38,877 bases of DNA from Gammaproteobacteria bacterium (GCA_030950195.1 JAUZRS010000040.1:1-38877); one strand, 5' to 3'. Positions 1 to 9,560 are shown, counted from the stretch's first letter. A program made the numbers and translations. Notes: generated from the letters alone by a model not told the origin.

Positions 1-97
1 CCAACGCCGCCACATCCGCTTGCGGGGCGACTAAATTACCTAAGCTACCGTCGTTGTATTTATCATTGCCAATCAAAAGGGCGAGTTTTTTAGTCAT
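1..97 (-). CDS. Caspase-family (peptidase C14-like) protein, 5' fragment running off the window
   Basis: Not in the ORF track. Hand translation from ATG at 97 gives MTKKLALLIGNDKYNDGSLGNLVAPQADVAAL, matching the typical bacterial caspase-domain start (ALLIGxxxY...L..P..D...L). The catalytic His/Cys lie outside the window. Confidence 0.7.
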   Translation of the reverse strand, partial: MTKKLALLIGNDKYNDGSLGNLVAPQADVAAL

Positions 98-182
98 TTT
101 CTACAACAACTACAGTTTAATAATAGGAGATTTTGGCTCATGTTTGAGCGTTCCCAAAAAAATTTCCTGCTACAATCACAAC

Positions 183-458
183 ATGAATACGATTACATTT
201 GATACCTTAAAATTTGTTGAACGCTTGGTTGAATCTGGGATGCCTGAAAAACAGGCCAAAGCGTTGGCTCAAGCGCAAATAGAGATTAACGAAACAAATC
301 TAGAAGATTTGGCAACCAAAGGCGATCTGCATGACATTAAAGCAGACCTGCGAGAGATGGACGCCAAGATCAATGGCCGCTTAAATTTACTGACCTGGAT
401 GCTGGCTTTGCTGGTTATTACCAGCATGATTCCTACTCTAAAGGTGTTGTTCTCGTAG
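183..458 (+). CDS. DUF1640/CCDC90-like coiled-coil membrane-anchored protein (91 aa)
   Basis: MNTITFDTLKFVERLVESGMPEKQAKAL head, LATKGDL neck, coiled coil and C-terminal TM helix. Start moved from 54 to ATG 183 because the upstream extension overlaps the divergent gene. Confidence 0.8.
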   Translation: MNTITFDTLKFVERLVESGMPEKQAKALAQAQIEINETNLEDLATKGDLHDIKADLREMDAKINGRLNLLTWMLALLVITSMIPTLKVLFS

Positions 459-479
459 GTTAAACCTTATCGACTGCAT

Positions 480-510
480 AAAAAAAGCCCCGAAAACGGG
501 GCTTTTTTTA
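480..510. terminator. Bidirectional intrinsic terminator between the DUF1640 gene and cydABX
   Basis: A7-GCCCCG-AAAA-CGGGGC-T7 between convergent genes. Confidence 0.9.
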
Positions 511-515
511 CATGC

Positions 516-539
516 GGGCAGAAAATATTCTGCCCCTAC
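516..539 (-). repeat. GTAG-type REP-like palindrome overlapping the cydX stop codon
   Basis: Minus strand reads GTAG-GGGCAGAA-TATT-TTCTGCCC. The TAG within GTAG is the cydX stop. Confidence 0.45.
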
Positions 540-637
540 TCCTCATCACGATCCGCACGGCTCTCCAACCACATGGCGTTGATCACGCCAAAAGAGACCG
601 CCAGCAATACCCCTAAAACCCAAGTGAAATACCACAT
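536..637 (-). CDS. cydX: Cytochrome bd oxidase small subunit CydX (33 aa)
   Basis: Hand translation MWYFTWVLGVLLAVSFGVINAMWLESRADRDEE. MWYFxW is the CydX signature; GAGGAG RBS; starts 15 bp after the cydB stop. Confidence 0.93.
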   Translation of the reverse strand: MWYFTWVLGVLLAVSFGVINAMWLESRADRDEE

Positions 638-652
638 AACTTGCTCCTCAAC

Positions 653-1792
653 TCAATACAGGGTGTGTTCGTTTTCACGAATGCGCGCCACGGTCATCTT
701 GCCCCGCATGATGCGGAACGCCCACGTGGTGTAGATCACAATCAGGGGCACAAAAATCACCGTGACGATAAACAAAATATTCAACGTCCGATGGCTGGAA
801 ACCGCATCCCACAAGGTCAAACTGCTGTTGAGATCCACACTGGAAGGCATGATAAAAGGAAACAGCGCAATACCGGCGGTCAGAATCACACCAGCAACCG
901 ATAAGGCACTAAAGATAAAGGCCATTCCAGCCGCTCGCGCCGCCAAACGACAGGCCAACAGGGCAAAAACAAACACCGAAGCCGGTATCGCCCAGAGGCG
1001 CGCATCGTTCATGTAGTTGCCCAGCCAGCCCGCTTCCACCAGCTCCACCGTCTTTTGCAACGGCATAAAGGCGCTGTTGCCGTCGGGCATAGAGACAATA
1101 CGCAAACCTTCAATACCAAACCAGAGCCAAACACCAGCCAGCGCAAAGCTGACCATAAAGATCCGCGCCGCCAAAGTCAGGTATTTTAAGCTGCGCTCGC
1201 GCACCTCATCCTCGGTACGCAGCGCCAAAAAGACCCCACCGTGCATCGCCAACATGGAGACACTCACCACACCTGCCAGCAGAGCGAAAGGATGAAAGAG
1301 GCCAAACAAACCGCCATCATAAAAAGAACGCATGTCCGCATCAAAGTGAAACGGCAAACCTAAAAAGAGGTTGCCAAACACAATCCCAAACACCAACGCT
1401 GGAACCATACCACCAATAAACAACCCCCAATCCCAGCCGTTACGCCAGCGTGGATCGGACACTTTACTGCGATAATCAAACCCCAAGGGGCGCAAAAAGA
1501 ACGCAAACAGCACCATTAATAGAGCGCCGTAAAGACCCGAAAAGGCCGACGAATAGACCAGCGGCCACGCCGCCAGCAACGCCCCACCGGCAGTAACAAA
1601 CCAGACCTGATTGCCCTCCCAGTGCGGAGCCACGGTGTTGATCACCACCCGTCGCTCTTCATCGGTCTGCCCAACGAACGGCAGCAACGTCCCCACCCCC
1701 AGATCAAAACCGTCCATCAAAGCGAAGCCGATCAACAGCACGCCCATAAACAGCCACCAGATCAACTTCAACGTTTCATAATCAAAAATCAT
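653..1792 (-). CDS. cydB: Cytochrome bd ubiquinol oxidase subunit II
   Basis: [15 protein letters not shown] and FDYRSK motifs; multi-TM; ATGA overlap with cydA. Confidence 0.97.
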   Translation of the reverse strand: MIFDYETLKLIWWLFMGVLLIGFALMDGFDLGVGTLLPFVGQTDEERRVVINTVAPHWEGNQVWFVTAGGALLAAWPLVYSSAFSGLYGALLMVLFAFFLRPLGFDYRSKVSDPRWRNGWDWGLFIGGMVPALVFGIVFGNLFLGLPFHFDADMRSFYDGGLFGLFHPFALLAGVVSVSMLAMHGGVFLALRTEDEVRERSLKYLTLAARIFMVSFALAGVWLWFGIEGLRIVSMPDGNSAFMPLQKTVELVEAGWLGNYMNDARLWAIPASVFVFALLACRLAARAAGMAFIFSALSVAGVILTAGIALFPFIMPSSVDLNSSLTLWDAVSSHRTLNILFIVTVIFVPLIVIYTTWAFRIMRGKMTVARIRENEHTLY

Positions 1793-3390
1793 GATTTGCC
1801 CTCCATCGGAGCCAGAGTGGATTTTGGTTCTGTTTCTACCGCCAGCGTTTCATGATGGTATTTGCCCGTGTGCAAGCTGCTCGGCCCCAGACGGGCGTAT
1901 TTGATCATCAAATACATCTCGATAACCAAAAAGATCGAATAGAGCACCACAAAGCTGATCAAGCTGATCAACACATCGCTGTAAGTCAGGGATGAGACAC
2001 TCAAATGGGTCGGCAAAACACCGGAGATCGTCCAAGGTTGGCGGCCGTATTCGGCCACAAACCAACCGGCTTCCACCGCAATCCACGGCAAGGGCAAGCT
2101 AAACAGAGCAAAACGCAGCACCCACTTATTGCCCGTCGCGGTACGTCGTGCACAGTTAAAAAACGAAACCAGAAACACCAATAGCATCAAGAAACCAGCC
2201 ACCACCATAATGCGGAAACCCCAGAACATCGCCGCCACATTGGGAATGGTGCCTTTAGCCGCCGCTTTGATCTGCTCTTCTGTGGCATCGGTGACTTTAT
2301 CGGTGTATTTTTTCAACAGTAGACCGTAACCGAGATCCGCTTTGTGTTTTTCAAAGGCCGCTTTGACCGCCTCGCTCTTATCGCCAGCACGCAATTTTTG
2401 CATGTTTTCATAGGCAATCATGCCCGAACGAATGCGTTTCTCATGCAGCGCGGTCAGATCTTTAATCCCCGGCACCGGCGTATCAATGGATCGAGTGGCA
2501 ATAATGCCCATCAGCCACGGGATGCGAACCGCGTAATCTGTCTCCTGAGTCTCTTGATTAGGAAAGCCCATCAAGGTAAAAGGAGCCGGTGGCGCATGGG
2601 TCTCCCACTCCGCCTCCATTGCCGCCAGTTTCACCTTCTGCACATCACCCGCTTCGTAACCGCTCTCATCACCAAGAATGATCACCGAAACAGAGGCAGC
2701 CAGACCAAACGCCGCCGCAATAGCAAAAGAACGTTTCGCAAATTCAATATCGCGTCCCTTGAGCAAATACCACGCACTGATGGAAAGCACAAAAATAGCA
2801 CCGGTAACGTAACCCGCCGAGACCGTATGCACAAATTTCACCTGCGCGACCGGATTAAAGAGCAGCTCAGAAAAACTGGTCAACTCCATACGCATGGTTT
2901 CGTAATTGAACTCCGCACCAACGGGGTTTTGCATCCAACCGTTGGCGATCAAAATCCACAACGCCGAGAGGTTGGAGCCAATCGCCACCAAAAAGGTCAC
3001 GCCTAGATGCTGCACTTTGCTGAGGCGATCCCAACCAAAGAAAAACAGGCCGACAAAGGTAGACTCAAGGAAAAAGGCCATCAAACCCTCAATGGCCAAA
3101 GGCGCACCAAACACATCCCCGACATAATGAGAGTAATACGCCCAGTTGGTACCAAACTGAAACTCCATTGTCAGGCCCGTGGTCACCCCCAGAGCAAAGT
3201 TGATCGCAAACAGTTTGCCCCAGAACTTGGTCATATCACGGTAAATCTCTTTGCCGGTCATGACATAGACCGTCTCCATGATCACCAACAACCAAGACAA
3301 CCCCAAGGTCAGAGGCACAAACAAAAAGTGATACATCGCGGTAACTGCAAATTGCAACCGCGATATATCGACTAAACTCTCATCAATCAT
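1789..3390 (-). CDS. cydA: Cytochrome bd ubiquinol oxidase subunit I (long Q-loop type)
   Basis: [36 protein letters not shown] and EYGRQPW motifs; long Q-loop with DLGYGLLL. Confidence 0.98.
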   Translation of the reverse strand: MIDESLVDISRLQFAVTAMYHFLFVPLTLGLSWLLVIMETVYVMTGKEIYRDMTKFWGKLFAINFALGVTTGLTMEFQFGTNWAYYSHYVGDVFGAPLAIEGLMAFFLESTFVGLFFFGWDRLSKVQHLGVTFLVAIGSNLSALWILIANGWMQNPVGAEFNYETMRMELTSFSELLFNPVAQVKFVHTVSAGYVTGAIFVLSISAWYLLKGRDIEFAKRSFAIAAAFGLAASVSVIILGDESGYEAGDVQKVKLAAMEAEWETHAPPAPFTLMGFPNQETQETDYAVRIPWLMGIIATRSIDTPVPGIKDLTALHEKRIRSGMIAYENMQKLRAGDKSEAVKAAFEKHKADLGYGLLLKKYTDKVTDATEEQIKAAAKGTIPNVAAMFWGFRIMVVAGFLMLLVFLVSFFNCARRTATGNKWVLRFALFSLPLPWIAVEAGWFVAEYGRQPWTISGVLPTHLSVSSLTYSDVLISLISFVVLYSIFLVIEMYLMIKYARLGPSSLHTGKYHHETLAVETEPKSTLAPMEGKS

Positions 3391-3474
3391 CGTTTCACAC
3401 CCTTACACTGTTGTTTTTCTATAGAAGCTGGCTAAAACCGCCTAAACAGTAACGGAAACTACCGCAACTGCGCA

Positions 3475-3488
3475 TTGATTTACATCAA
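3475..3488. promoter_or_regulatory. Perfect FNR/ANR box upstream of cydA
   Basis: TTGAT-TTAC-ATCAA, about 85 bp upstream of the cydA ATG. A minus-strand -10-like TACTGT at 3446-3451 puts the site centre near -42 (class II geometry). Confidence 0.85.
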
Positions 3489-3520
3489 TACAGGAAAAAA
3501 TCTATTTCAAAACAAAAATT

Positions 3521-4234
3521 TTAAGCAGAAATCAATACGTTCAAAGCAGGAATATCACAACGGTAGTAGGTGGGTTTTAACTCTTGTAACCAATTATTGC
3601 GTTTAAATTCCGCGATCACGCGGCTGGCGGTCTCCATTGTAATACCCAGCATAGCACCGATGTCCTCACGGCTGAAAAGCTGGCACACCGGCTGCGGCTG
3701 CGCCTCCGTCACCACCAAACGCAACAACAAGTGCGCCATACGTTGTCGAGCCGTGCCGGTAGACAATTCGGTCAGCCACGCTTCCGACTCACTCAAGGCA
3801 CGCTGCCAACGGCGCATCAGCTCCTGATGCAGATCAGGGTTGCCCGAACAGAGATTTTGTACCACAGAAATCGGAATACGACACAGCTCACTGCGCTGCA
3901 AAATCACCGCATCGTGTTGATAGGGTTCACCGAGCAGGCTTTCCAAACCAATCACATCACTGTTGCCTGCCAGACGTACAATCCGACGTGTGCCATCGGG
4001 CAGATATTGCACCATTTTCAACAGACCTTGGCGCAAGGTGAAAATATGCGCGCCTTGCTCACCGGCACGATAAAGCAGTGCATCCGGCTCAAACACCAAA
4101 TCATCTATAGGGGTATGAATGCTCTCAAAATCCGATTCATGCAGACCGGCAAACAACACCGTAGTGCGTACCGTGCAGTTACGGCAATTTGACTCACCTT
4201 GCCACGCCTCTTTCAATGACAGCTTCATCTGCAA
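3521..4234 (-). CDS. Crp/Fnr family transcriptional regulator
   Basis: N-terminal CRNC, cNMP-binding-like domain, HTH SREDIGAMLGITMETASR (FNR-type ETxSR). Start is TTG 4234 or ATG 4228. Confidence 0.92.
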   Translation of the reverse strand: MQMKLSLKEAWQGESNCRNCTVRTTVLFAGLHESDFESIHTPIDDLVFEPDALLYRAGEQGAHIFTLRQGLLKMVQYLPDGTRRIVRLAGNSDVIGLESLLGEPYQHDAVILQRSELCRIPISVVQNLCSGNPDLHQELMRRWQRALSESEAWLTELSTGTARQRMAHLLLRLVVTEAQPQPVCQLFSREDIGAMLGITMETASRVIAEFKRNNWLQELKPTYYRCDIPALNVLISA

Positions 4235-4383
4235 ACGTCTCCAACCTCAACCAACAGCAGGGTTCAGGATACTCTGCCAAACCAGAAAGAAAAACCACAA
4301 AGAATTCTGGAGATGAAAATAAGTATTTAAACTGCTAGGGTCACACACTCATCTTTTTATCAGCACTGCGTTTTAGTAAAGGA

Positions 4384-5178
4384 ATGAATATGTTCAAAAA
4401 AACCAGCAAAAAAACGACCGTAGCCCTGTGTATCTGTGCACTTACATCGTTCAATGCCCAAGCCGACACCACCATTCAATTCGAAAAGGGCGACAAACGC
4501 CAACCCAGCGCACTCTATGTCAAAGCAGGCAAAGTCTTAATCGACAACAAAGACGGCAACATGAATGCCCTCTATGACAGCAATAACGAAAACTTTAGTG
4601 TGCTGCAACATAATAAAAAAAGTTACATTCGAATGGATGAAAAACGCATGGCAGCACAGATGGGCATGGTGGAGAATATGCGTAAACAGATGATGGCTCG
4701 GATGCAAAGTATGCCCGCAGAGCAGCGCACCATGATCGAAAGCCGCATGGCATCAATGGGGTTACCCTCAATGCAGGCGCTCGATAAAAAATCCACCACC
4801 GAATCCAGCGAGATCAAAAAAACCGGAAAATGGCACACCATCAACGGCTTTAAGTGCGAAGTGGTTGAGATCTATCGGAGCAATAAACAGATCAGCGAAG
4901 CCTGTGTCGCTGATGCAAAAGGCTTGAAAATGTCAGAGGCCGATTTTAACACCCTACGCAAGATGTTCGATTTCAGCGAAAAGATGGCAAAAAAGGCCGG
5001 TAAAATCGGAGCGGTGATGGGGGAGCAACATGGTGATGCGGGAGGAATTCCCGTACGCTCGAAAAATTTAGAAAACAACAGTGTGCAAACCATTAAAAGC
5101 ATCTCCACAAAAGCCCTTGCCGACGATAGATTCCAAATTCCTGCCGATTACAGCGAAATGAAAATGCCTGGCATGTGA
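4384..5178 (+). CDS. Secreted DUF4412-like protein with Met-rich segment
   Basis: Signal peptide ending AQA; KKTGKWHTINGFKC, GIPVRS and FQIPADYSEM motifs are typical of DUF4412/GLPGLI-like folds. Confidence 0.75.
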   Translation: MNMFKKTSKKTTVALCICALTSFNAQADTTIQFEKGDKRQPSALYVKAGKVLIDNKDGNMNALYDSNNENFSVLQHNKKSYIRMDEKRMAAQMGMVENMRKQMMARMQSMPAEQRTMIESRMASMGLPSMQALDKKSTTESSEIKKTGKWHTINGFKCEVVEIYRSNKQISEACVADAKGLKMSEADFNTLRKMFDFSEKMAKKAGKIGAVMGEQHGDAGGIPVRSKNLENNSVQTIKSISTKALADDRFQIPADYSEMKMPGM

Positions 5179-5197
5179 TATCTCTGTTCGCTGCCAA

Positions 5198-5219
5198 TTT
5201 TGTGATCTAGGTCAAAAAA
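5198..5219. promoter_or_regulatory. CRP-like binding site upstream of the 65-aa ORF
   Basis: TGTGA-TCTAGG-TCAAA at 5201-5216 versus consensus TGTGATCTAGATCACA; extended -10 TGcTATATT at 5253-5261. Confidence 0.5.
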
Positions 5220-5297
5220 AGTACTGATGCCTATAGTAAAAAGATTGATCTATGCTATATTAGAAAAATCTAATTTACTTATCAAAGGATAACGATC

Positions 5298-5495
5298 ATG
5301 ATTGAAACCAGCACAGACGAATGCCAATTAAAAGTGGAACATCTGGATGTTAACGATGTTGCCACCATTGCCATGAGCCTCAAATCTCTGGCAGCCTACT
5401 CTATGCTCGCTTGCGAGCATGACGATGAACCCGAAGAGCTGCAAGGCATCGTCGATGAAGGTTTAGCTGCCGTCCACAAAATTTTTGACTGCTGA
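5298..5495 (+). CDS. Small acidic hypothetical protein (65 aa)
   Basis: ATG with AAGGA RBS, no overlap with other genes, followed by a hairpin. Confidence 0.75.
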   Translation: MIETSTDECQLKVEHLDVNDVATIAMSLKSLAAYSMLACEHDDEPEELQGIVDEGLAAVHKIFDC

Positions 5496-5506
5496 ATTCA
5501 GCGGAC

Positions 5507-5540
5507 AAAAAAATAGGGGCGAAAATTTCGCCCCTATTTC
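5507..5540. terminator. Hairpin/terminator between convergent genes (REP-like sequence)
   Basis: AAATAGGGGCGAAA-A-TTTCGCCCCTATTT; the upstream A-run gives a U-tail on the minus strand. Confidence 0.8.
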
Positions 5541-5566
5541 ATACGCCGCGAGTAAAACTCAAAACG

Positions 5567-5962
5567 TTACGCTTTGGCCATCATGCTAAAACTCAAAATA
5601 AACGGTTTTGCCATGCGCGGATCTTTCAACATGGATGAATAGTCACCCACTTTGAATTTCAATTTACCCGTAGCCGCTGCCATACCCAAACCGGTCATGC
5701 CAATGCCTTTCTTAATCCACTTTTCCCAGCTGGCCTGTTTGGCGCGCATATCCCAGCTCAACTCTTCACCGTTGTACGCTCCGGCTGCGGTAATGTGGCC
5801 GTTCTCGACGGTAATCACACCCAGAGGCGCATCATCATCAGGAAAGCCGTAACCGATTACCGAATTAAAACCGATTTTTTCCAGCGCACCAGCCAAATCA
5901 GGCTCACCATTCCACGCAGTTTGAAAGCCTTTCATCCATTCATCAGAAAACAAATCAGCCAT
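5567..5962 (-). CDS. SCP-2 sterol/lipid transfer family protein
   Basis: LFSDEWM...WN start, WDMRA...W..W and GKLKFKVGDY resemble stand-alone SCP2-like proteins; GAGGAG RBS. Confidence 0.75.
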   Translation of the reverse strand: MADLFSDEWMKGFQTAWNGEPDLAGALEKIGFNSVIGYGFPDDDAPLGVITVENGHITAAGAYNGEELSWDMRAKQASWEKWIKKGIGMTGLGMAAATGKLKFKVGDYSSMLKDPRMAKPFILSFSMMAKA

Positions 5963-6094
5963 TGTCTATCGCTCCTCAAAGAGTAAAAAGTGAGTACGCC
6001 CAATTGCATCAGCACTTAACCGTGCCGCCACGATAGCGCACCCTTACGGTTAGCTCAAGAATCTAAAGAAGATTCATCAGCAGTTTTATAAAAA

Positions 6095-6754
6095 TCAGCC
6101 TTTAATCAACAGAAAATCGACTCTGTTTTTACGCAGCTTTGTTTTTATCCGTGCAATCTTAGCCGCACTGTCATAAGGCCCAAACCTGACCCGATACCAC
6201 GTTACGCCTTTGATTCTAGCACTCTGAATCTTAGCCTCTAGCCCCAGTAAAATCAGCTCAACTTGACGACGTTCCGCATCCCCACGTCGTTTAAATGATC
6301 CCACCTGAAAATAACGCGATGTGGTCGACTTATTTGCCACCACAGGAGTAAGTTTAGCTGTAGCAGGAGCCACTTCAACTTTTGACTCAATGGCAGCGGC
6401 TTTAGGCCTCTCCAGAGGCTTTGTTAACAACGGTTGCAACACATTTTTAACTTGTGGCAGCACTACTTCCAGCTCGGGCAACACATTGTAAAATTCAAAT
6501 TTAGGCGAAGCGGGCTGCTCCGTTGTTGCCTCACTCGGTTCTGGTTTTACCTCAGCCTGATTTGGAATCCGCACATCACTGCGAGGTTTAATGATCTCCA
6601 ATGGATTACTCGCCACCGGCAATTTCTGGTTTAGGAAATACAAAAAAGTCACGAAGGCAGCCACAATCAGCAAAATCAACAACACCGCCCAACGCGGCAA
6701 ACCGGATTTTTTTGGCGCTCTTTTGCCTGCCGTATTCTTATAATCTTGAACCAA
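6095..6754 (-). CDS. SPOR-domain cell division protein (FtsN-like)
   Basis: DYK N-terminus, single TM, KFEFYNVLP motif, C-terminal SPOR (FQVGSF...WYRVRFGPY); directly after argS. Confidence 0.88.
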   Translation of the reverse strand: MVQDYKNTAGKRAPKKSGLPRWAVLLILLIVAAFVTFLYFLNQKLPVASNPLEIIKPRSDVRIPNQAEVKPEPSEATTEQPASPKFEFYNVLPELEVVLPQVKNVLQPLLTKPLERPKAAAIESKVEVAPATAKLTPVVANKSTTSRYFQVGSFKRRGDAERRQVELILLGLEAKIQSARIKGVTWYRVRFGPYDSAAKIARIKTKLRKNRVDFLLIKG

Positions 6755-6757
6755 AAT

Positions 6758-8518
6758 TTACATCTCCTGCGGTGCCGCAACGCCCAACAGAGAAAGGCCA
6801 TTCAACAGAGTCTGCCCCGTCACCGTTACCAAACTCAAACGGGCGTTACGCAACACTTCATCATCCACCAAAAATTGATGGGCGTTGTAGTAACTGTGAA
6901 AAGCATGAGCCAACTCACGCAGCGCGTGAACCAACTGATGAGGCTCTTCATTAAGCGCCGCTTTTTCTACCACATCAGGATAACGCGCCAAGGCACTCAA
7001 CAGCTCACTTTCGTGTTTTTCCGCCAAGCGATCCAGATGTGCCAACCCCTGCTCTTGATCAAACAGCAGGCCTTTTTCTGCCAACTGGCGCTGCACACTG
7101 CAAATCCGTGCATAAGCGTATTGAATGTAGTAGAGCGGATTTTCATTCGACTGAGATTTAGCCAGATCAAGATCAAAATCCATGTGCTGCTCACAGCGAC
7201 GCATCACATAGAAAAAACGTGCCGCATCGGAACCGACCTCTTTACGCAGTTGACGCAACGTGACAAATTGCCCTGAACGAGTAGACATGGCCAGCTTTTC
7301 ACCACCACGATACAAAACAGCAAATTGCACCAGCAACACATCCATTTTGTCCGCATCGCTGCCCAAAGCGGTCAAAGCCGCCTTCACTCGTGGCACATAG
7401 CCGTGATGATCCGCACCCCAGACATCAATCACGCGATCAAAACCGCGTTCCAATTTTTCCATATGATAGGCAATGTCCGAAGCAAAATAGGTACTCTGAC
7501 CGTTATCCCGCAGCACCACCCGATCTTTCTCATCGCCAAAATCACTGGAACGAAACCACCAAGCGCCCTCTTTTTCATACAGATGCCCCGCCGTTTTAAG
7601 CCGCTCAAGAGCGCGATCCACAGCCCCACCTTCCATCAAAGAACGTTCCGAGTACCAACGCTGATACTCAACCCCAAACAGAGCCAGATCATCCCGAATG
7701 TCATCCAAAATAGTCTTCAAGGCTTGATCAAACACCACCCGATAATCAGACTCGCCCAGCACACGTTTTGCCGCTGCAATCAGATCATCAATGTGGCGCT
7801 CTTTATCGCCCCCCGCCGGTTCATCGGCGCACACATTCGCAAGCACGTCGCTGATTGGCTGGCGAAAAGCCTCTTGATGTTCACGATGTAACGTAGCCGC
7901 AATGTCCCAAATGTAATCGCCTTTGTAACCGTTACTGGGAAAGGTTAACTCCTCGCCACAGAGTTCCAGATAACGCAGCCAAACCGAGGCAGCCAAAATG
8001 TCCATCTGCCGACCGGCATCGTTGACGTAATATTCACGATGCACCTCAAAGCCGATCGCCTCCAACAGATTGGCCACCGTTGCACCGTAGGCTGCCCCTC
8101 GACCGTGACCCACATGCAGCGGCCCCGTTGGATTGGCAGAGACAAACTCCACCTGCACTTTTTTACCGGCACCCAATTGCGACAGGCCGTAGTTCTCCGC
8201 AGCCGTCAAGATTTTAGGCACCACGGCGTACAAGTTATCCGCCGCTTGGAAAAAGTTAATAAAGCCCGGCCCGGCGATCACCACCTTACTGACCCGCGCC
8301 GATTCTGGCAGCGCCTCAATGATCATCTGTGCCAATTGACGCGGCGCTTTTTTCGCCAGTTTGGCCAACATCATCGCCACATTGCAGGCAAAATCACCGT
8401 GCTCGGGATTACGACTGTCGCTGATCAGAATCTTCGGCAGAGTATCAATATCAATCTGGCCACGCTCTTGGAGCTGGTGGATGGCTTGGCCAATCAGGTC
8501 TTGCAAGTGTTGTTTCAA
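6758..8518 (-). CDS. argS: Arginine--tRNA ligase
   Basis: [18 protein letters not shown] (HIGH), [23 protein letters not shown]; TTG start. Confidence 0.98.
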   Translation of the reverse strand: MKQHLQDLIGQAIHQLQERGQIDIDTLPKILISDSRNPEHGDFACNVAMMLAKLAKKAPRQLAQMIIEALPESARVSKVVIAGPGFINFFQAADNLYAVVPKILTAAENYGLSQLGAGKKVQVEFVSANPTGPLHVGHGRGAAYGATVANLLEAIGFEVHREYYVNDAGRQMDILAASVWLRYLELCGEELTFPSNGYKGDYIWDIAATLHREHQEAFRQPISDVLANVCADEPAGGDKERHIDDLIAAAKRVLGESDYRVVFDQALKTILDDIRDDLALFGVEYQRWYSERSLMEGGAVDRALERLKTAGHLYEKEGAWWFRSSDFGDEKDRVVLRDNGQSTYFASDIAYHMEKLERGFDRVIDVWGADHHGYVPRVKAALTALGSDADKMDVLLVQFAVLYRGGEKLAMSTRSGQFVTLRQLRKEVGSDAARFFYVMRRCEQHMDFDLDLAKSQSNENPLYYIQYAYARICSVQRQLAEKGLLFDQEQGLAHLDRLAEKHESELLSALARYPDVVEKAALNEEPHQLVHALRELAHAFHSYYNAHQFLVDDEVLRNARLSLVTVTGQTLLNGLSLLGVAAPQEM

Positions 8519-8600
8519 GGGAAAACCTTTGTTTCTAAATCGAAAAATGAGGCAGATTCTACCCCCTAGGGCAAATCAGGCAAAGCACTCAATCCACTGG

Positions 8601-9560
8601 TCAACACTCTTCATAGGGGTACGGCTGGCCTTCCGGCTGCGTTTTAAACAACCGCATACCCCACATGTACTGTTCAGGCGCGATCTCAACCAACGCCTCA
8701 ATGGCACGATTCATTCGCTCACAATCGTCCTGTTTATTGCCAGTGGGAAAATCCTGCAACGGCGGCAAAACCGTCACTTGATAACGCCCCTCAGTGGGTA
8801 AATAGTAGCTGTAACAGGGCAGAACCAGCGCATTACACCCCTTACTCAAACGCCCCAACATCGGTAGTGTCGCTTTTTCCGTGGCAAAAAAGGGCGCAAA
8901 GCGGCTCTGCTCACCACCCAGATCCTCATCAGGGATATAATAAAAAAACGCCCCCTCCCGCGTGGCTTTAATCAGCGGCCGCAGACCGTCTGCACGCGCC
9001 GCCAAACGCACCCCAAAACGGCTGCGCGCACGATACACCAACCAATTTAGCAGTCGGTTTTTGAAAGGTTTAAAAATCGACACCAGAGGTGCATTCAAGC
9101 CAATGCGAACACCACCGTACTCCAGCGCCAAACTGTGACAAGTAAGCAAAATCACCCCCTTACCCTGTGCTTGAGCCGCCTCGATGTGCTCTACTCCCTG
9201 TAACGTGACGCGGCGCAAAAAACGTGTTTTTGAGCTCCACCACAACGTCGGCATATCCAACATAACCTGAGCACTGCTGCAAAAATGCGCCTGCGCCAAA
9301 TGTTCACGTTCAGCCTCCGTCTTCTGTGGAAAACAACGGCGTAGATTGGTCAAGACAAAACAGCGCCGTTTGGCTTTGTGGCGGTAGAGCCAGCCACCCA
9401 AAATAGCAGCCAAACGATTGCGCCAACGGCGCGGCAACAAAGCAAAAAGAGACAACAACAACACCAACAACCAACTTGGCCAATGACGGGGTGCCAATAA
9501 GGTCGCTGTCAATTCAGGTTCTCGCGCCGCACCCAAAGCAGAACTTTTTTTTAACACCAT
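8601..9560 (-). CDS. Lipid A biosynthesis acyltransferase (LpxL/LpxM family)
   Basis: LLAPRHWPSW, GKGVILLTCH, PDEDLG and PEQYMW motifs. Start moved to ATG 9560, which forms a TGATG overlap with the trkH stop. Confidence 0.9.
   Translation of the reverse strand: MVLKKSSALGAAREPELTATLLAPRHWPSWLLVLLLSLFALLPRRWRNRLAAILGGWLYRHKAKRRCFVLTNLRRCFPQKTEAEREHLAQAHFCSSAQVMLDMPTLWWSSKTRFLRRVTLQGVEHIEAAQAQGKGVILLTCHSLALEYGGVRIGLNAPLVSIFKPFKNRLLNWLVYRARSRFGVRLAARADGLRPLIKATREGAFFYYIPDEDLGGEQSRFAPFFATEKATLPMLGRLSKGCNALVLPCYSYYLPTEGRYQVTVLPPLQDFPTGNKQDDCERMNRAIEALVEIAPEQYMWGMRLFKTQPEGQPYPYEEC

Noticed and set aside
54-182. N-terminal extension of the DUF1640 ORF in the track
   Set aside because: It overlaps the divergent caspase-like gene, and family-like sequence begins at ATG 183.
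9545-9552. A8 run near the 5' end of the lipid A acyltransferase as a phase-variation tract
   Set aside because: Short, in frame, and similar A/T runs are frequent throughout the window.
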